Assembly: GCF_052907965.1 (NCBI RefSeq)
Contig: NZ_CM128593.1
Direction: 5' to 3' (one strand)
DNA length: 32,000 nucleotides
Shown: positions 29,598 through 32,000 of the stretch, in pieces
Layout: each line of letters starts with the position of its first letter
Position numbering within the stretch: position 1 is the first letter of the stretch
Position numbers and translations under genes: made by a program
Notes under the pieces: model-generated
Told to the model about the DNA's origin: nothing
Seen by the model: only the letters and a program-made list of their open reading frames with translations
The model's database searches: none

Positions 29598-30479
29598 GTT
29601 GGAGTCATTACCCGCGCTCGCTTAGCGTTCTTCCCTACTTACTGTTATTGCCACAGTTTATTAGCGGACAGATCAATCTGGGCGGACTGATGAAATCGCG
29701 CCAGGCCTTTATGCTGGTATCGAACAATTTAAGCTGGTTTATTTATAAATATGACGAACTTGCTGAACTGGCTGCGGTTATCGATCGCTTGTATGAGTTC
29801 CATCAACTCACCGAACATCGCCCTACGAATAAGCCTAAAAATTGCCAACATGCGGTACAAGTGGCTGATGCGAGTATTCGTACGCCTGATAATAAGATCA
29901 TATTAGAGAACTTGAACTTTCATGTTTCGCCAGGCAAATGGCTATTACTGAAAGGCTACTCTGGTGCGGGAAAAACCACACTGCTTAAAACATTATCCCA
30001 CTGCTGGCCGTGGTTTAAAGGTGATATTTCTTCTCCTGCTGACAGTTGGTATGTGTCACAAACACCGTTAATCAAAACCGGCTTACTGAAAGAGATTATT
30101 TGTAAAGCACTTCCCCTGCCCGTAGACGATAAATCCTTGAGCGAAGTACTGCATCAGGTTGGTCTGGGGAAATTGGCTGCGCGTATTCATGACCACGATC
30201 GCTGGGGAGATATTCTTTCCAGCGGCGAAAAACAACGTATAGCCCTGGCACGATTAATTTTACGACGTCCGAAATGGATATTTCTTGACGAAACTACCTC
30301 TCATCTTGAGGAACAAGAGGCTATCCGCTTACTGCGTTTAGTGCGTGAAAAACTACCCACAAGCGGCGTCATTATGGTTACACATCAACCCGGTGTCTGG
30401 AACCTGGCAGATGATATTTGTGACATTAGCGCGGTTTTATAAAAACAATAAAAGCCCTGCTGTACGGAGATATAAATAA

Positions 30480-32000
30480 ATGAAGCGAGTTCTTATTCCT
30501 GGCGTCATTTTATGTGGCGCTGATGTGGCGCAGGCCGTCGATGACAAAAACATGTACATGCATGTTTTTGAAGAGATGACGGTCTATGCTCCTGTCCCTG
30601 TACCCGTAAACGGCAACACGCATTACACCAGTGAAAGCATCGAGCGTTTACCGACCGGGAATGGCAATATCAGCGATCTGCTGAGAACCAACCCTGCGGT
30701 ACGCATGGATTCAACGCAAAGTACCTCGTTGAACCAGGGAGATATTCGCCCGGAGAAAATCTCTATTCACGGTGCGTCGCCCTATCAGAATGCCTATTTG
30801 ATTGACGGTATTAGTGCCACTAATAACCTGAACCCAGCGAATGAGTCCGATGCCAGTAGTGCAACCAATATTAGCGGGATGTCACAGGGGTATTATCTTG
30901 ATGTCAGCTTACTGGACAATGTGACGCTTTATGACAGTTTTGTGCCGGTTGAATTCGGTCGCTTCAATGGCGGGGTAATTGATGCAAAGATCAAACGCTT
31001 CAACGCTGATGATAGCAGCGTGAAACTGGGTTATCGCACTACGCGTTCGGACTGGTTAACATCGCATATCGATGAGAATAACAAGAGCGCATTTAATCAA
31101 GGCTCTTCAGGAAGTACTTATTACTCCCCAGATTTTAAAAAGAACTTTTATACCTTGTCGTTTAATCAGGAACTCGCTGATAACTTTGGCGTTACCGCCG
31201 GTTTATCGCGCCGCCAGTCAGATATCACCCGCGCGGATTATGTTTCGAATGACGGCATTGTCGCCGGTCGGGCACAGTATAAAAACGTTATCGATACTGC
31301 ATTGAGCAAATTTACCTGGTTTGCCAGCGACCGCTTTACCCACGATTTAACCTTAAAATATACCGGCTCCAGCCGTGATTATAATACCAGCACCTTCCCG
31401 CAGTCTGATCGCGAAATGGGTAATAAATCCTATGGTCTGGCATGGGATATGGATACGCAGCTCGCATGGGCCAAACTACGTACCACCGTTGGTTGGGATC
31501 ATATTAGTGATTATACCCGTCACGATCATGACATCTGGTACACCGAACTTTCATGTACATATGGTGATATTACAGGGCGTTGCACCCGTGGCGGATTAGG
31601 ACACATTTCCCAGGCTGTAGATAATTACACCTTCAAAACACGCCTGGACTGGCAAAAATTTGCCGTGGGTAATGTTTCGCATCAACCCTACTTCGGCGCG
31701 GAATACATCTATTCCGATGCGTGGACTGAACGCCATAACCAGTCTGAATCCTATGTGATTAATGCTGCCGGAAAGAAAACTAACCATACCATTTACCATA
31801 AAGGTAAAGGCAGCCTGGGAATTGACAACTACACACTGTATATGGCGGATCGCATTAGCTGGCGTAATGTGTCATTAATGCCCGGCGTGCGGTATGACTA
31901 TGACAACTATCTGTCAAACCACAATATCTCCCCGCGCTTTATGACGGAATGGGATATTTTTGCTGATCAAACCTCAATGATTACAGCAGGTTATAACCGT
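30480..32000 (+). CDS. yddB: TonB-dependent outer-membrane receptor-like protein YddB, 5' partial (continues past the window)
   Basis: Open frame from the ATG at 30480 to the window end (507 codons), so it is absent from the track for lack of a stop. Signal peptide MKRVLIPGVILCGADVAQA. Plug-domain-like segment EKISIHGASPYQNAYLIDGISA. Downstream of yddA. Confidence 0.8.
   Translation, partial: MKRVLIPGVILCGADVAQAVDDKNMYMHVFEEMTVYAPVPVPVNGNTHYTSESIERLPTGNGNISDLLRTNPAVRMDSTQSTSLNQGDIRPEKISIHGASPYQNAYLIDGISATNNLNPANESDASSATNISGMSQGYYLDVSLLDNVTLYDSFVPVEFGRFNGGVIDAKIKRFNADDSSVKLGYRTTRSDWLTSHIDENNKSAFNQGSSGSTYYSPDFKKNFYTLSFNQELADNFGVTAGLSRRQSDITRADYVSNDGIVAGRAQYKNVIDTALSKFTWFASDRFTHDLTLKYTGSSRDYNTSTFPQSDREMGNKSYGLAWDMDTQLAWAKLRTTVGWDHISDYTRHDHDIWYTELSCTYGDITGRCTRGGLGHISQAVDNYTFKTRLDWQKFAVGNVSHQPYFGAEYIYSDAWTERHNQSESYVINAAGKKTNHTIYHKGKGSLGIDNYTLYMADRISWRNVSLMPGVRYDYDNYLSNHNISPRFMTEWDIFADQTSMITAGYNR

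Larger units (their letters stand above)
28845..29612 (+). mobile_element. IS1 insertion sequence (768 bp)
   Basis: Ends GGTGATGCTGCCAACTTACTGAT ... ATCAATAAGTTGGAGTCATTACC. Flanked by the 9-bp direct repeat CGCGCTCGC (28836-28844 and 29613-29621). Confidence 0.95.
27980..30442 (+). pseudogene. yddA: SbmA/BacA-type ABC transporter (fused permease-ATPase) yddA, interrupted by IS1
   Basis: 5' part 27980-28844 encodes the TM domain. 3' part 29613-30442 encodes Walker A GYSGAGKTT, signature LSSGEKQR and Walker B WIFLDETTS. The reading frame resumes across the 9-bp duplication. Confidence 0.85.

Overview
This is an Escherichia coli-type chromosomal terminus region. Positions 1-17276 hold two head-to-tail, apparently identical copies (period 8739 bp) of a filamentous (Inovirus) prophage with Ff-like gene order, of the CUS-1/YpfPhi kind. 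It is integrated at the chromosome dimer-resolution site dif. A hybrid dif lies at 17263-17290 and a regenerated phage attP at 8524-8556 between the copies. Copy 1 runs off the left edge. Each copy encodes a divergent RHH-type repressor, a large two-tyrosine HUH rolling-circle Rep, small proteins at the gV/gVII/gIX positions, a major coat protein, a pIII-like adsorption protein with a Gly/Ser linker, a pVI-like protein, a pI/Zot assembly ATPase and a pIV-like secretin. Between the ATPase and secretin genes is a 706-bp non-coding tandem-repeat block. It carries three copies of a 55-nt hairpin element that, from memory, resembles the ColE1/pBR322 PriA (n-prime) primosome assembly site. Right of dif is host DNA: an AraC-like pseudogene remnant and a decayed chaperone-usher fimbrial cluster (ydeT/ydeR/ydeQ-like). 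Next come the acid-resistance genes ydeP-safA-ydeO, Ser-type sulfatase ydeN and its radical-SAM maturase ydeM. The window ends with ABC transporter gene yddA split by IS1 (9-bp target duplication) and the 5' part of the TonB-dependent receptor gene yddB. All homology statements rest on motif reading and recollection; no searches were run.
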